Shown: in pieces, positions 1 to 13,167 of the stretch
Layout: every line of letters starts with the position of its first letter
Numbering within the stretch: the first letter of the stretch is position 1
Source: Schmidtea polychroa
Lineage: Eukaryota
Direction of reading: 5' to 3'
Assembly: GCA_044892525.1 (NCBI GenBank)
Contig: CM097885.1
Span: 114,576,001 to 114,640,000, forward strand
Length of the DNA stretch: 64,000 bases
The notes under the pieces: generated by a model
Database searches by the model: none
Told to the model about the DNA's origin: nothing
The model's input: the letters and a program-made list of their open reading frames with translations, nothing else
Program-made: the position numbers and the translations under genes

Positions 1-1804
1 TTTGCACTTCTAAAAGGAATCTCGAATATTAAGAATCGTTCATCTTCTTCATGTTTTAACAATTACCAAATCTTTGATTTTCTTGGTCATTGATTTGGAA
101 TTTGTAAAAGTATTTAAAAAACATTTTTGTTGTCTTTAGCATTGGCCGGTTCGGTATCCTTTACATATTCCCGTAGTAACTATTGTTAGTAACCATTCTT
201 TGATGTCTCTCAGTCCGTTTTCAGCTTCCTTTTAATTCCTTTTTTTGATGTTTAAAACTAGAATATTATGACATCATTTCGGTAAGTATTCCATCAAAGA
301 TTTGATTGCTTTCGAGGAAGAACTAATATTCTGATCTTCGGCTTGGTCGTCAGTTACATCTGATTTATTTGAAATAGAACATTAAATATCGATTATAATT
401 TTTATTTAAAATTCAATTAAATTAAATGTCGAATATTTAAACAAAATTATTTAAATAATCGACATAACTGTTTCGTTTTTGTGGAGTATCTTTGTTTTTA
501 AGAATGCATTATAATTTAATTTGTGTATTGGTTTATGTTTAGATTATTTTGGCAGTTTCATTTTAAATTTGGTAAATTTGTAATATTTCCGATTACTAAT
601 TGCTTGGACTTTTGTTATTTGTGCTTATCAATTGGCTGGTTTGTAGTCTGATTAATATAAAGTGACTAGATATTTTTTATTGGAGCGCGGAACATGTTCA
701 AATCAAAATATTCTTTTTAAAATTAATTTTCTAATTCGTCTGTAAATTTTTAAAATCTTTTTCGACATGGCTATTGGAAATTAATTTTTTTTTATTTAAA
801 ATTTATAGTAACTTAATTAATATTAAAAACACATACTTTTTGGTGCGAAAAAAAACTAACAATTTGACCTTTAAAATATTCGAATTTAGAAGTCAGCAAT
901 TATTGGTCAAAAGTCAAATATCTGTTGCTACTCTAACCCTGCATGAATACACAATAATAATCTGTGCATTATGGAATATTATAAACACTATTTTTATTTC
1001 TTCACTAGAAGTGTGTAAATTTTACTAAGTAAAAAGGTTTTTTTAGAAGTATTCATGTTCTTATCGTTTAATATATCGTTTAATTGAATATATATTGCAT
1101 ATTTTTAAAAAAACTACGAATTTTTTAACCTAGCAGGTCATATTTACACAACTTACAATGCACAATATTTTATTATATTACATTTATGGGGAAAAGACGA
1201 AAAAAGAAGAAACAGAATTAAGAAGAAGCAAAAAACAAATTAATTTTTGAAAATGTTGAAAGTGTTAGATATCACAACTCAGACAAGCTAAGATAGTGGC
1301 CTTTCGCTTCGGCTTGATTTTGCCTTAATATGATTATAACCCCACTACTTGAAAAAGATATTTTTAAGAAGGAAAAATATAATTCTTATAAAACTTCACT
1401 GCAAAAAATATTTTTAAAACTAATAAAAATTTAAAGTGTAAAAAATTTAGAGCCTAGATAGCTTAGTAAGAATGGGGTATTATTAAATGTTCTCAAAAAA
1501 AGATTATTGTGCTATTGAATTACTTGATTGTGCCCATGGATTTATAATATGTTATAATTAATTAATTATTTGACATCAAGAAATTGCTGTGCTTATGGAT
1601 TTATTAATTGGGAATATAAATTAATTTAATTAACTCGAAAAAAATTTAATATGATAGATAAATTAATTAATCAAAGAGAATTAAATTAGATTTAAAAACG
1701 AAAAACAAGATTAACAACAGCAGTGGATTCCAGGAATTGAACCAATATTTCAGATTCAGACACTGAACCTGTAGCCAAAAAAACAAAATTGTTTAAAAAT
1801 TTGG

Positions 1805-2330
1805 ATGCAGTTTTTTCAAAATAGAGATCAAGTAGTTGAATGGCTCTCAAGGACCAAACTTTGGTCATTTGATAAAGCATATGACACCAGAGATGGACGC
1901 AAAGAGTTGTACCGTTGTAATCTTGTCAGGAAAATAGGACCACAATGTAGTCAAGTCATGAAACTTCAATACAATAGTAATAATCATGGTGTTGTCCTCT
2001 TTGAAACCACCTGCAATCACAATCATGACGAAATCTTAGAAAACCAAACCAAAAGAGGGATTAATATAGCAACAAAGGAAGCCATCAAAAAGCTGTTACA
2101 ACTTGGAGTGAAGAAGCCAAAACTCATCAGCCAGAATTTGTTTAAAGAGAAACTTTTATATGCTGAAATTGAAATTCCAAATGATAGACAACCTTTTAAT
2201 TTTCTTCAAACTTTAAAAGGGTCAAATTCAAAATCACTAACTTTTGGTGAGTTAGTCAATCTTCTCGAGAAAAATTCAACCATTACAAAATGCTTAGATT
2301 ACCCTACTCCCATGGTTCAAATAATAACTA
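1805..2330 (+). mobile_element. Mutator-like (MULE) transposase N-terminal fragment (WRKY/GCM1-type zinc finger)
   Basis: ORF 1805-2362 has GRKELYRCNLVRKIGPQC...LFETTCNHNH (C-x9-C...H-x-H), typical of the region upstream of invertebrate MULE DDE domains; the DDE domain is absent. Confidence 0.6.
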
Positions 2331-3059
2331 TAGAGAAATATAAAAAAATAATCAATAAATAAATTAATAGGAAATCGAATTCAGAAGCTAAGGAACAAAA
2401 AGATTAAAAAAATTTAAAAGGAAGCAAAAATAATTGAACCAGATTAAATAATTGAATTTCAAAAATTTGAAGATAAAAGAAAGAAAACAACGATAACCGA
2501 ACCAGAATAAAATGTCGAATTACAGAGATCAGAATAATTAACAAGAAAGCGACAGTAATTAATCACGAATAAAATAGTTGAAATTACAAAGATCGGAATA
2601 GTTGATAAGAGAACAACAACAATTAGCTCAGAGCAAAACAATTGAATCGAAAGCTTTGGAAGGATCAAACTAGAGAAATTAAATTCAGACAAGCCTCCAA
2701 TCCTTATATAAAGATCTAATTCAGTGAATCCAAAGATCAAATTATAAATTAGTATAGAAGATCGTAACAGTCAGTGACCTCCCACTATTCACGAAAAATT
2801 CAGAACTTTCAAAGGTCTTTAATTTTGTCGTTATTAAATACACTTTTTAAAAGATTAATTCGTTTGTTATATTTTAGTTGTTTTGATATCTATTATTGTA
2901 AAAGTTATTCATTTGTCATATTACATAAAATCACCCCAGTTGTCCCGAAACAGTTCTTTTTAAAGAAGATTTGGCTGGATCCTAACAAAACTTCCCTAAC
3001 AACATAATAGTAATACACAGTTAAAACATAAATATAGAAAACCTTCGATCCTAACACTG

Positions 3060-3605
3060 AGATATGGTAGCAAAAATGACATTGAAGGTGTTGAACTGTC
3101 AGAAGAATTTATATTTATTTCAAGTTTGCTAAAACTATCAGATAATTAGGAAATAAGTCTTACAGAATGAGTTAATGTCAATCTATCCACAATTATATAT
3201 TGCTCTAAAAATATTAACAATACTAGTTCATAATGCTAGTGGGATAAAGAGTTTTCTCGTCTAAAATTAATAAAATATTATCAGAGGTCATTCATGGTAC
3301 AAAACCGACTATCTCGACTATCTATCTTGTCCATTGAAAATAATATTTCGAGAGCAATAGACAAAGAAGATATACTAAGAGATTTTACTACAAAACCAAC
3401 CAGCTAATTTATCACATAAGAATGCTCCTAGGATCTCTGAAATTCAATTAATAATGATTTGTTATATTTACAAATAAATAACTAATAAATTAATAAATAC
3501 TTTGTTATTGTTCTTAATTTCACTTGTATTATTTATATTTTATAGTTCCTAAAAAGACTGTTTTCTTTTGTTACTAGGGTGGCCAAAAGTCTCAAACCGG
3601 CCCTG
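3060..3605 (+). mobile_element. hAT transposon 3' end: C-terminal dimerisation domain remnant and right TIR
   Basis: Frameshifted translation LYPQLYIALKILTI...SFSRLKLIKYYQRSFMVQNRLSRLSILSIE; ends in ACCGGCCCTG (reverse complement of a CAGGGCCGG hAT terminus) at 3605. Confidence 0.8.
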
Positions 3606-3688
3606 ATTATTAATATTTAATTAATTAATATAATTTCAAGACATTTTATTTCAATATCTTTTTATCGCATATTTGAAATTACTTTCAG

Positions 3689-4227
3689 AAGTTATTCAGT
3701 TAATTCCCAAAGACCACAGTCAGCTGTTGATAAAACTGATAGATCGTTTTTAATAACCGTTTGTCCTCTCGTTATGCAAACCGATCTTATGAACCGAAAT
3801 AATGAATGCTATTCCAAATCAGTACGCTCTGACCAATGTTTGTGTAATAAACAGAGCATTACAAAGTTAACAGATGTCGAAATTTTTGATTTTTTAAATT
3901 CCGTCAAATCTAATAAAATAATAGTAATTGGTGTCATCTCAACTGGGTAATTTTCATTATTACTATTTATGACATTTTGTTAGAACCTCAGGCCTGCAAG
4001 TAAATTCGAAAAGGAAATTTATTGAAAATTCTCTCTTCAATTTAATCACTGATATTTATTTTGATGATTTAAAAAACTCAAGCCAAAAACCATGCATTAT
4101 ATATAGTAGAAAATCATACCGATTGTTTTTGTACGACATTAGTACTTCTGGAAAATATCTTAATAGCACACAATCTTTACTGTTAAAAAAACATCAGATT
4201 ATTCCAGGAATGTGCCTAATGTTTCAG
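3689..4227 (+). CDS. ERICH6: ERICH6/FAM194-family protein, internal exons 3689-3946 and 3984-4227 (upstream exons not resolved)
   Basis: Phase-compatible AG/GT exons encode ...VCPLVM...QCLCNKQSITKLTDVE...KIIVIGVIS and ...PCIIYSRKSYRLFLYD...LLLKKHQIIPGMCLMFQ, which match the FAM194 C-terminal motif series; 37-nt intron 3947-3983. Confidence 0.65.
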
Positions 4228-4379
4228 GTTATTTTATAATTTATTTGTAAAATTCACCATTCTTATTTTTCCTAAAAACTTTATTCATATATTCATATAT
4301 TTTATATTATTATTATTCCAAGTAAATACATATTACTAAAATTATTATTTAACTATTAAGACGATATGTTATTGAAACC

Positions 4380-4760
4380 ATATTGTATGAAGAAAATGCC
4401 ATATTCCAGATTATCAGAATTTCGCGATCTCGTTTTATCTGCAGCTATCAAAAGATTATTCCGTGCCTCTAATAATAATTGTTCTTGATTTAGGTCTATA
4501 AATGAATTCTTCCCATTTATATTAACTTTTCTTCCAAATAGTATTTCAATTTGCGAAAATTCAATAATCTTCGTTGTTGAATTAAATGAATATTCAATTT
4601 TTCAGGCACAATATCATCCCTACATCCTCAAGTTGTGTAATTGCACTCCATATACGGGCTCATCTTGCTTCTGAGTAGGTTTTATACCAACCATCTTGCT
4701 GAACCATCTTGCAGTTGCAATTACTGGTTTCCTTCATATGGGTAATATCGATTAAAGATT
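4380..4760 (-). mobile_element. Possible decayed retroelement integrase C-terminal fragment
   Basis: Minus frame STTKIIEFSQIEILFGRKVN...EQLLLEARNNLLIAADK resembles the Gypsy integrase tail (S.TG.SP.EL.FGR); no catalytic core seen. Confidence 0.3.
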
Positions 4761-4879
4761 TTTCCATTGAATTCTTTATTACTCTGGAAAATAAATACTC
4801 AGTTATATATTTGTGTAATGGCTTTCTTATTGAATCATGTTATAAAAATTAATTGAGGTTTTTGATGATATGTATCTTA

Positions 4880-4958
4880 AATGTAAATTTAAAGATAAAA
4901 TGTCATTTTTTTCGCGGAACACTGGAAGCGTAATCGGAACACGGGTTGAGAACCACTG
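4880..4958 (+). mobile_element. hAT (Charlie-type) right terminus
   Basis: GCGGAACAC...GGTTGAGAACCACTG is the reverse complement of a CAGTGGTTCTCAACC hAT TIR; no partner end found. Confidence 0.5.
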
Positions 4959-5387
4959 GGATAGAGGATGAGTTCCTAGTCATTTTGATGTGTCATATGT
5001 ATTTGTGTGAATAATTGTATGACTCACATTCTATGTTCAACGAGTTCTTGTCAATTGAAAAGCATGAGTCATCTTTTTTTATTACATTATGACTAATAAT
5101 TTTTCTAAAAAATCTGCTAAGTCCATTTAAACAAAGACATTCGTGAGTCATACTTTTATTGAAAAATTGAAGTATTTATTAACAAGTTTCCCCCCTCAAA
5201 TATTTTTCAAAGTAATTTTTTTAAAACTGAATATTTTGTAAAATTTTTATTTTGAAAATTTATTTTAAAATTCTTTAGCAAAATTCATTTTAATGTTTTT
5301 GTTAGTCATGCACTTGAGTTGTACATGTCTTTATAAATTATTCATTTATATCGCACATCTCCATGTTAATCGTGCACATTAAATCTC

Positions 5388-5390
<3 letters not shown>

Positions 5391-5438
<48 letters not shown>
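5391..5438. repeat. (ATT)16 microsatellite
   Basis: Perfect trinucleotide run. Confidence 0.95.
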
Positions 5439-6266
5439 GTTTTTATCATTATTATTTTTGTATTATTTCTTCTACTAATAGTATTGTTATTATTATTATT
5501 TTTGTATTTCTTAATAATATATATTTTTATTATATATAAATTTGCATTTCGCAAAATAACATTATTAAAAATATCATTAGAAAGATTGTTTAAATGATTC
5601 CTTTTTTGCCTAAAACCTGCCATAATTTTGGACATAGTTATCCAAATCAGAACCGTAACGATCAATAAGTATGTAGCAAGATATATCCCCATTATATATT
5701 GTTTTGTAGAAACAATCAAACTGCAAATAACTAATATCATTACACTAAAGAAAAAGCTAGCTTTATCAACAGTATCTTTGACTCCAGCTTAAAATATCGT
5801 AAATTGAAATATGGTTGTTTGTTTCAGGCGTTTTTCTTGTAATAGTTTCTGGTATGTGTATGCACACAAATGCGGGAGGGGTTGTTTTGTCATTTTTATC
5901 GCGTCTGTGTGCGCGTTGTTATTAAAATAGTTATACACCAAACACCACTGAGATACATTTTCTATAGTGGTTGTTGGTGTGTAAATTATTAAATTGACTC
6001 ACTAATTTAATAAATTTCATTTCTTGAAACGATGAACCTTTTGACCATTACATTGATATGACGGAACAAGAAGATCAAAATCGACTGTACGAAATATTTA
6101 CTAACTTGTTTGATATTGTGATTTGATTTTAATGAAAATGATTTGTTTAATATACCGTGCGATTCATAATTCTGTCTCTAAAACTAAAATAAAACAACAG
6201 TAAGAACCAACCAAATGTTACTTTAATGCAGAACAAATAACGGTAAATAACAAGCAATTTCATAAC

Positions 6267-8034
6267 AGTAGGTATTTAGTGGACCACGATAACACGACCA
6301 TCCGGTGTACCAACCTCTAGAAAAAACAGTTGTTGCCATTGGCCATATTTAATTTTTCTGGGATTTTCAATACAAAATATGATCCTCGTTAAAAAGCATA
6401 GATTTTTCTGACTATATCGAGGGATCTCCATGGTCACCATGGATTTTCTTTACAAAACCCGACTGTCGCTTAAAAAGCATGGATTTTTCTGAATATAGTG
6501 AGGTGGTCTCGATGGGTTCTGTGATCCTCGCAAAAAAAGCCATGATATTTCTAACTATAATTAAGGTGGGTTTCCATGATCCTGGTAATTTCTATACAAA
6601 ATATGATCCTTGTCAAAAAAGCCATAGTAATTTAAGGTTCCAGGATATTTTCAATACAAAATCCAACTATCACTAAGAAAGTCATGAAGCCCAGGATATT
6701 TTGTTCATAGAATTAATGGTTAGATATTTGATTGATCAATGACCACGTGAAATTATTGGCTAAATAGGTAAATTAAATGCTAAATTATTTATGTTAATTA
6801 GGTAAATTAAGGGTTAAATTAAGTAAATTAATAAATGGTCTAGAATTTTAAATTAAGTAATAAATTTTGAAAGATGTTCAGAATTGGTAATAATAATTAA
6901 AATTAAAGTAAATTAAGTAAATTAAGAGTTTGCAGATATTTTGAATATTGATACGTTTCTTTTTATTTCTATTGCCTAATTCCACCAATAAGTTTTAAAA
7001 AGTCTATAACTTGATAAGGAAGTAAAGTTTTTTAAATTCTAAAATAATTTATAAAATAATTGTAAATGAGAAATTAATTTATTAACAGTTAGACTTTTTA
7101 AATTTATTAATGGAATTAGACAATAGAAATAAAAAGTAACGTATTAATATTCAAAATATCTGCAATTTAAAAATACAATTAAAATTAAATTATATACCTT
7201 ATACCAACTTTTTTAATATAAATTTGGTAAAATTAAGAAAAGTTTTTAAAAACCTCAAATAATTTATTAAATAATTGTACAATTATAGATTTTAAAATTT
7301 ATTTATACATCTTCCTACAAATAAAATTCTTTTAAAAATCAACAAATTTACTAAATATTTTTATTAAAGTGATAATTTTTAGTAAAATAATTTTAAATAA
7401 ATGTAATTAATACTTAATATCTCTACTCTTATTCGTTTTCTTCTCATCAAAAACATTTCAAACACACTTCTCACTGAGAAGTACCAATTCTCATCATCTT
7501 TTAAAATTTAACCCTTAATTTACTTAATTTAAAAATATAGTCCTTAATTTACCTAATTTACTCTAATTATTACTACCAATTCTCATCATCTTTCAAAATT
7601 TAACTCTTAATTTCACGTGGTCATTGATTAATCAAATATTTGACCATTGATTCTATGTAAAAAAATTATTGGGACCTCAAATAACTATGTCTTTTTAGCG
7701 AGGATCGGATTTGTATAGAAAGTCCCAGGACCAGGAGACACACCTAAATATACTTAGAAAAATCCATGCTTTTTAATGTTAACTGATATTAGTGTAACCC
7801 ATTTTTGTATTGAAAGTCCCAGATTCGATCAAGACCTCCTCACTATAATCAGAAAAATCATGGGTTTTTTAGACCCTTTTTTGTATTGAAAATTTCAGAA
7901 AAAATAAGCGAAGTCCTATGCAACAATTACATAACCAATAAACACAAAAATGGCTACTGCAGCACTTATTTTCTAGGTGGAAGTGGAGGAGTACACCGGA
8001 TGGTCGTGCTGCAGTGGATTACTAACTACCTACT
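6267..8034. mobile_element. About 1.8-kb imperfect palindrome (foldback) with internal ~110-bp repeats; probable non-autonomous Maverick TIR derivative
   Basis: Ends AGTAGGTA(T/G)TTAGT...CACGACCATCCGGTGTAC are inverted copies (6267-6320 vs 7990-8034); TCAATGACCACGTGAAATT at ~6737 vs its reverse complement at ~7610; GCAGATATTTTGAATATT at ~6932 vs its reverse complement at ~7148; arm repeats match 39285-39570. No TSD found. Confidence 0.75.
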
Positions 8035-8512
8035 GCTTATTAATAAAAAGTATTCGATCAAAAGGTTTCACAATGTTGTTTGAACAATTCCCAAATACAG
8101 ATGTTGGATAAATGTGTTTTTGTGTGATTGACTGTATGTGCTTGTTATGAAGTGTATAGCGTTAGTGTTGGTGTGCAATTATCTATATAGTGATTTACAC
8201 TGTCAATATGCAGAGCTTCATAAGCACTGTTGTGCGTTTGTGTGATTTTTTTTATGAAATTTAATTATATTACATTACCGAGCTAAATTTTTTGGCTTGC
8301 TTTGATTTTTTATACTTAAATATTAAAAATAGACGAATACAAGAAATTTTAGAAAAATTTAATAAATATCAATAATTTGAATTCAAATAGAGACTGACAG
8401 GCTCTGTTGTGCATTTTAGCGTTATTAACAAAAAGGTAATTAAATATTATGGGAAATATTCAAAATTTTTATTATTAAATTTACTTTAATTATTTTGAAT
8501 TTATTTATTTAG

Positions 8513-8774
8513 AAAGGAAAACTTATGTTTGCAGATTACATATTTAATGGATACGGTTCTACTAAAAGTGATTTATTCAAACAAATAAATTTGTGCAAAC
8601 AACTTTCTGAAGATGGATTTCATCTACCAAATGATTTTCAATTTAGGTATTTAAAAATATCCCTCATCTTAATAACCTATTTTTAGTTTTAGTAATGAAA
8701 GTAAACAATGGCTGGAAGAAGATGCTTATTCTAAAATACAAACTTTTAATGCTCCTCAAAACGTGACATCATAA
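8513..8774 (+). CDS. ERICH6: ERICH6/FAM194-family protein, terminal exons 8513-8646 and 8687-8774
   Basis: Joins in phase 0 after ...GMCLMFQ (4227) to give KGKLMFADYIFNGYGSTKSDLFKQI...DGFHLPNDFQF, the FAM194-like LMF.GGKL.F...NGYG...G..LP.DF.F motif; 40-nt intron 8647-8686; stop TAA 8772-8774. Confidence 0.65.
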
Positions 8775-8962
8775 CTACTTACTTAAAATCGAAATTTATA
8801 TAAAATGATATTTCATAAATTAAATATTTTTTTTACTTTTTAATTCTTATGTAAAATCTGTATTTGTTTGTAATTTTTTATAGAAATAAATTGAATTGAA
8901 TTTGATGTAACGTTTAATGAATATTAAAATCAACTAATTGAATAATTTTGGTTGTACTAAAG

Positions 8963-10040
8963 CAGTGGTCCGTGGTGCACTTATTGGGGGTATGTAGATC
9001 GTTGAGTAAAGAATGAATTGTTTTCCGAATTTTTATTTTAACAATTACGTGAAAAGGTTCAATATTATAAAATTAAACAGCAATTCTATATAAATATATT
9101 TTTAAAAAATAAACCCCATCCTAAGAAGTTTAGCTTTTCTAATTCATAGTATTTGGTATTTTAAATTTCCCATACGTCCATAAAAACGCCGTTTTTTAAA
9201 TATTTTGTTCATAAGCAGTCCATTAAATTTGGTTCATTATTTGGATTTCAAAAGATAAAAAACGGCATACAATCGCAAAGATTCTGATTGAGCTATTTGC
9301 AATGGAAATGGTTAAAATTAGGTGTGGTAAAGAAGCGAATCCCATTGTCCAATATTGCAATTCATGATTGAATTAAGGATATGTTTTAAAACAAATTGTG
9401 CAGCAAATAAAAAATTCTCAGCAAAAATTGGCTTGCAATTAGATAAATTCACAGATGTTTCTAATTGTGCTCAACTTCTTGTTTTTGTTAGATATGTGAA
9501 TGAAAATGATATCAAGGAAGAATTTTTATTTTGCGAACAACAACTACAAAAACTGTGGATATTGTGTCAATTATGAATAATTTCTTTGTCTTCAATGGGA
9601 TCTTGTGGCCGCTATTTGTACTCAGGGTTGGACTGGAAACACATTTAGGCTCAGGGAATATTGGTAATGTAGGCCCACAATATTAAATTTAAGAAACAAA
9701 AATTTCGAAAAAGTACATGACTAAGTCCTCGTTTATCAATTAATTTTATTGCTTCAATTATTCTTTCGAGTATTTGATTATTTAAATTCATTTCATTAAA
9801 AAAATAAAAAACTTGACTATATTTGTGGGCCAGTAGACCCACGGTGATATTGGACCGATGGGCCAGTTCAGCACTGTTTGTACTGCTGGTGATCCAGTCA
9901 TGCTCGGGTAAAATTTTGGATTTATTGCTCTTGTGAAACAGGAAAACCCAAATGTGTATCCTAGTTATTGCATTCTGCATTTTCATACTTTAGCATCAAA
10001 GACTTCCACCTTATTTCAAAGAAGTATTGGATATTGATGA
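8963..10040 (+). mobile_element. hAT transposon (SCAND3/ZBED8/Buster-type), decayed transposase
   Basis: Starts CAGTGG; translation IGLQLDKFTDVSNCAQLLVFVRYVNENDIKEEFLFCE (QLDESTD motif), then AVCTAGDPVMLG..GFIALVKQENP...CILHFHTLASKT after the MITE. Confidence 0.85.
9623..9876. mobile_element. hAT MITE nested in the hAT transposase
   Basis: TIRs CAGGGTTGGACTGG / CCAGTTCAGCACTG; exact 8-bp TSD TTTGTACT (9615-9622 and 9877-9884). Confidence 0.9.
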
Positions 10041-10056
10041 TGATAACCATTTAGAC

Positions 10057-10323
10057 CAGTGGTACGCAAACTATGTGCCGCGGCATATTAGTGTGCCGTA
10101 AAAGAATTTAAAATGTGCCGCTAATGCGAAAATATTTAGTACGAAACCACGTATAAAATTTATTTGCGACAAAAAACAAGCGCACTCATCCCATTAAATA
10201 AAATATATACATGTAATTTCATTTTATTAAAAAAATTCTATATAAAAGATACATTCTTTCTATTTGTGCCATGACTTTTTTTTTCTATTTTGTGCCGGGA
10301 GGTAAAAAGTTTGCGTGCCACTG
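10057..10323. mobile_element. hAT MITE
   Basis: TIRs CAGTGGTACGCAAACT / AGTTTGCGTGCCACTG; exact 8-bp TSD ATTTAGAC (10049-10056 and 10324-10331). Confidence 0.92.
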
Positions 10324-10894
10324 ATTTAGACGATTGTGAGTTTATACCACAGTAATTAGATGTAGACGGATATTTACGTTCCGCTACAGAATATTTAGTG
10401 AATTATGTAGTGATAATTTAAAATTCAGAGATAAAATAAGGTATATGAATCCGACAGGTCGAATACAGATATAGAAGGAGATGGCATAAATGAAATTAGA
10501 GTTGAAAGTGAAAGTGTTAGACAATAATGACCTAGGAACTAATGGCAAAGATAAAATTAAAATAACATAAGTACAAAAGGAATGGCAAGTGCCAGAAAGT
10601 GAAATGAATAGTGAAATTAATACAAAACATCGTAGAACTTTGTATAAAATAAAGAGGAGCCTAGTAAGGTTAGAATTAGATGTTGATGAAACAAAAGGGT
10701 TATTAAAAAATTTAGTTAAAGTAGTATATCCAATGTTTGATGTGAAAGTGGATACAAAGTATGAGTTGGGGGGATATAGTGAATGAAATGAAAATAAACT
10801 TCCTAGCGTTATGTAAAGATTTGGTGAAAAGGATGAAATTTGTATACCCCATAAATCATTAAACTGGAGTGTTAACCCAAAGATAAGGAAAACG

Positions 10895-11424
10895 ATGATA
10901 TTTCCATGGACAATGTTTATGATAATTATCTTGTGTGCAATAATTACTCATACAATATGCATGTCTCCGTTATGATTGTTCAAAAACTGAAATGGGAAAA
11001 ATTAATTCGGCAATAGATATGTCAGAATGTCCAAATACATATCCGAGAAAATTAAAGATTGAAAAGATGTAAAATATTATTTATATCAAGAAAATGATTT
11101 ATGACGAACGAAAATTCAAGAATGTATAGTTAAACGTTCTATATTCGTGTTTTAATGTGGCAAATGTAGCCACACCTCATTGATAAAGATTTATACAATC
11201 CCACAGCCAGTGGGAGTTAATCCCGAAAATTGTCTAGCAGCAATTCAAACCGAAGAGTTAAAATCAACCCGGAATTTAAACTAAAAATAAATCATATAAA
11301 TAGAGAAACGGTGGTTGTAAAGGGAATAATGAAAAAAGACGGAGATTGTGAAGGGGAACCATACAAAGTCCGTGGTAAAATTATTCAAAAGGCTGTGATA
11401 ATTGAGGAATATTTACGGAATTGA
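10895..11424 (+). pseudogene. Class III fusion glycoprotein (chuvirus G / herpes gB-like) env remnant, N-terminal part
   Basis: Hydrophobic leader MIFPWTMFMIIILCAII, then (frameshifted, with stops) CLRYDC...IDMSECP...QECIVKRSIFVF*CGKCSHTS...ENCLAAIQ...GIMKKDGDCEG, the cysteine pattern of retroelement-borne gB-like env proteins. Confidence 0.65.
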
Positions 11425-11593
11425 GAGAATTTGAAGGAGCACAAATATATAAACACACACCAATTTGTGGCAGAAATTACAAAACTTATCTCTTTCTACA
11501 TCATTAGAGCAACAATACTTTTGGGTATCTTTTGACGTTTCAAATCTTTATGGATCCATCCCTATACTGGAGAGAACAACGTCTGTACAGTAA

Positions 11594-12549
11594 TGTTGGG
11601 TTTTATGATATCAAAAATCAACCGTTGGTTACTCTGACTCCACGTGTTCCAAAAATTAATAAACACAACTCCCAACGTATATTTGTTTTATATTAAATTT
11701 GCAATAACGACACTTTCAGTTACCCACCATTTTCTTACAATTTCCGATCGAACTCCGCTCTGGAAGATCTCAACCTTGTACGATTTAAAAAATAAGTTTC
11801 ACCTTTTTGTTTGATTCCGCTCTCTGATCCGAACTCTTTTAATATTCCTTTCTGACTCCTCGCTTCCTCTTATAATTCTTTTTCTTCTTTTATTTTATTC
11901 CTGGAACTCCTATCGTCTGTTTCTTCTTCCCTACCTGAGGCTACCGCCGATTATGTGAATTTTGAGTTTCCTTATAAAGTCCAATAATCGTTGTAATTGC
12001 CCCATTTTTCACCTAATTGGTTTTGAATTCTTTGGTTATCATTCCCTAATTAGCTATTTCTGTTGACCCTCTTCGTAATTCCCCATCTTTTGTTTACTCT
12101 CTTTTTATCCGACTGGTTGGATAATTGCCCTCTGAATTCCTCGTTTGTTTACCCTTTCAAATTACCGTGCTCGGGTTTTCTTCATCGCTCAGGTTCTCCA
12201 TTGGCTCGGGTTTCCCATTAGCCTATTAATTAATTAATTAATATTTTACGTTTTTTCATATTTGTCTGTTTTACGACCCTTTCTAAATATTTTCTAACAA
12301 TTTCTTGCTCACTGTCTTTTCGCCATCCCCTAATCTACCCCTCTCCCGTTTCCAGCTTCAATTTCGATAAATTTTCACTTTATTCCACTTCATCAGATTT
12401 GCGCATTTTCCGTTTCGCGTCTGATTGTACCCTTTTATAGTTCTGTTTTTACCATATCTTTCTTTGCCATTGCTTATCTGCTTGACCGCCATTCAATTTC
12501 AGTTTTCCTGAAATATATAATTTAATAATTTACTTTTAAAACCTCAACA
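11594..12549. mobile_element. Solo LTR inserted in the Penelope RT
   Basis: Termini TGTTGG...CTCAACA; 4-bp TSD GTAA (11590-11593 and 12550-12553); the RT reading resumes on either side. Confidence 0.8.
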
Positions 12550-13167
12550 GTAACAGCTTCTTTCCTCGAAACCTTTTAACCAGAAACAGTTTTCGCAGAC
12601 TTTTCTGAACAAGATTTCATAGAAATCTTCAAACTAGCCAAACTAGGCAAACCGTTTAAACAAATTCATGGTTTAACTATGAGTAACTTTTTGACCAATT
12701 TTAGCCATTTTCCACATGAATCATACAGAATCAAATAATGGATCATTTTTTGGAGATAAAATCCTGATGTGTAACAGATATATTGATGACATTTTCACAT
12801 TCACTACGGTACCTCTCAACATAATCTTGGCACATGTAAACTGCACTAACACCAATGTACAGTTCACTCTTGCACTACCTTACCCAAAAGGCAAAATTGA
12901 TTTTTCAGATACCCTGATAAGTCCTTCTGAAGGTCCAGACACAGTCACATTCAGCACACTCACATTCACTAAAATGTATACCGTGGACATATTATTCCTT
13001 GAGAAATTCACGTTGCACTCCATTGAAAAATCGCTCTATTAGTAAAGAGAAAGAAAAGCAATAAAGAACTGTTCGGACAAAACGAAAAAACAAGAAACCC
13101 TGGAAAACTTCAAAACACGGTTTTTTGCAAAATGGATACCCAAATACTTTTTTAGTGTTGTTAGCAT

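Noticed and set aside
1-1420. Possible further upstream exons of the ERICH6-like gene or a transposase remnant
   Set aside because: No phase-consistent exon or recognisable motif could be established by eye.
5366-5740. 124-aa minus-strand ORF with a poly-Ile run
   Set aside because: Artefact of the (ATT)n microsatellite.
8391-8435. AG/GT-bounded open segment as an extra ERICH6-like exon
   Set aside because: Direct splicing of 4227 to 8513 restores the LMF.KGKLMF motif; this segment would interrupt it.
12360-12400. Minus-strand CTGATGA...GAAA in the solo LTR
   Set aside because: Stem II cannot form beyond one pair.
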